23,877 nt of DNA from Ginkgo biloba. Its lineage: Eukaryota > Plantae > Ginkgophyta. The notes beneath the pieces are model-generated. The model was not told the origin of the DNA. It saw only the letters and a list, made by a program, of their open reading frames with translations, and did no database searches. Shown one piece after another: positions 22,860-23,877 of this stretch; within the stretch, counting starts at the first letter, position 1; every line of letters starts with the position of its first letter. The position numbers and the translations under genes were made by a program. The stretch is from positions 176,598,842 to 176,622,718 of the forward strand of contig JANKJI020000004.1 of NCBI GenBank assembly GCA_024626585.2. Direction: 5' to 3'.

Positions 22860-23877
22860 TAAAAGGAAATACCACCAAACAGAAGCATAGAGCACGTTAT
22901 CAAAATTGAGTAAGATAAGGGATCAACCATATTCAAACCATATCGATACAACTTCAATAAAAAATATAAATTTGAGAATTTGACTTAAGAGATGATTTAC
23001 TTAGGTGAAATATTGAATATCAATAATCCTTATGTAGCATTGATAGTTCTAGCAAGTAAAATTGATAGATCCTTTATACTATTCATTGACTATAGAGACC
23101 TTAGTAGTCTAACTATTAAAAATAAATTTTCAATGCCCAAGATTTATGATTTAATGGATGAAATCCATAGAGAAAAATATTTATCTTAAATTTACCTGTA
23201 ATCAAGATATTATCAAATTCTAATTAGAATTGAAGACATATAGAAGACCACATTCTAAACACATCAATGACATTACAAATTTAGAGTAATTACATTNNNN
23301 NNNNNNNNNNNNNNNNNNNNNNNNNNNNNNNNNNNNNNATTAATGAACAAAGTATCAAATTAGATATTAAGAAATTTTGTATTAGTATTATTTAATGAGG
23401 TTCTTATGTATAATAAAACCTTTAAGGAGAATTTAATGCATTTGTACCAAACATTAGAGATTATGGAAAAATAAAAGTTATATTCTAAGGAGTTAAAATA
23501 TTCCTTTGGGAAATAATAATTGGAATATATTGGATATATAATATTAAGACAAGGAATATTATTTGACCCATAAAAAATTAAGGCAATAAAGAATTGGCCA
23601 AAATCAAGGATTATTAAGAAGCTATGAATATTCCTTGGGATAATATCATTCTATAGAAAGTTTATACAAAACTATGCAACAATTTAAACATCGCTTATTG
23701 ACTTTATAAAGAAGGATGCATTTATATAGAAAGATAAATAAGAGATGGAATTTGAGAAGTTAAATTAGGAATTAACCATGACTCTATTATTAGAAAACTT
23801 GACTTCTCCAAAATATTCACAGTGGAATGTGATGAATCCAACATGATAATTGGTGTTGTGATAATATAGGAGGGGAG
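22860..23877 (+). mobile_element. Heavily mutated Ty3/gypsy reverse transcriptase and start of RNase H, running off the window end
   Basis: IPPNRSIEHVI..KPYRY..FIDYRDLSSLTIKNKFSMPKIYDLMDEIH..L*SRYYQILIRIEDI*KTTF*TH..; FVLVLFNEVLMY (decayed FFDDIL); LEYIGYII..DP*KIKAIKNWP..FLG..FYRKFIQNYA..FTVECDES. Confidence 0.93.

Overview
AT-rich eukaryotic nuclear DNA from a land plant. The spliceosomal GT-AG introns and plant-type eIF3h and BRIZ/BRAP2 sequences support this; a gymnosperm-like origin is only an inference from the retroelement peptides. The assembly is a gappy draft with 18 N-runs, many about 100 nt and probably of unknown true size. A gene island at about 4.5-11.2 kb sits among heavily decayed LTR retrotransposons (Ty3/gypsy protease, RT, RNase H and integrase remnants; Ty1/copia RNase H, PPT and 3' LTR). 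The island contains (i) a + strand eIF3h copy (7105-9820) whose 5' half is one intronless exon with two frameshifts and a nonsense codon, while the visible 3' exons are clean and keep six introns, and (ii) two - strand exons of a BRIZ2/BRAP2-like gene next to a candidate Helitron 3' end and bracketed by a diverged ~200-bp direct repeat. No prokaryotic systems, CRISPR arrays, tRNA or rRNA genes were seen. I found no convincing new biological system. The best leads are the half-intronless eIF3h copy, possible Helitron gene-fragment capture, and several repeated hairpin motifs.
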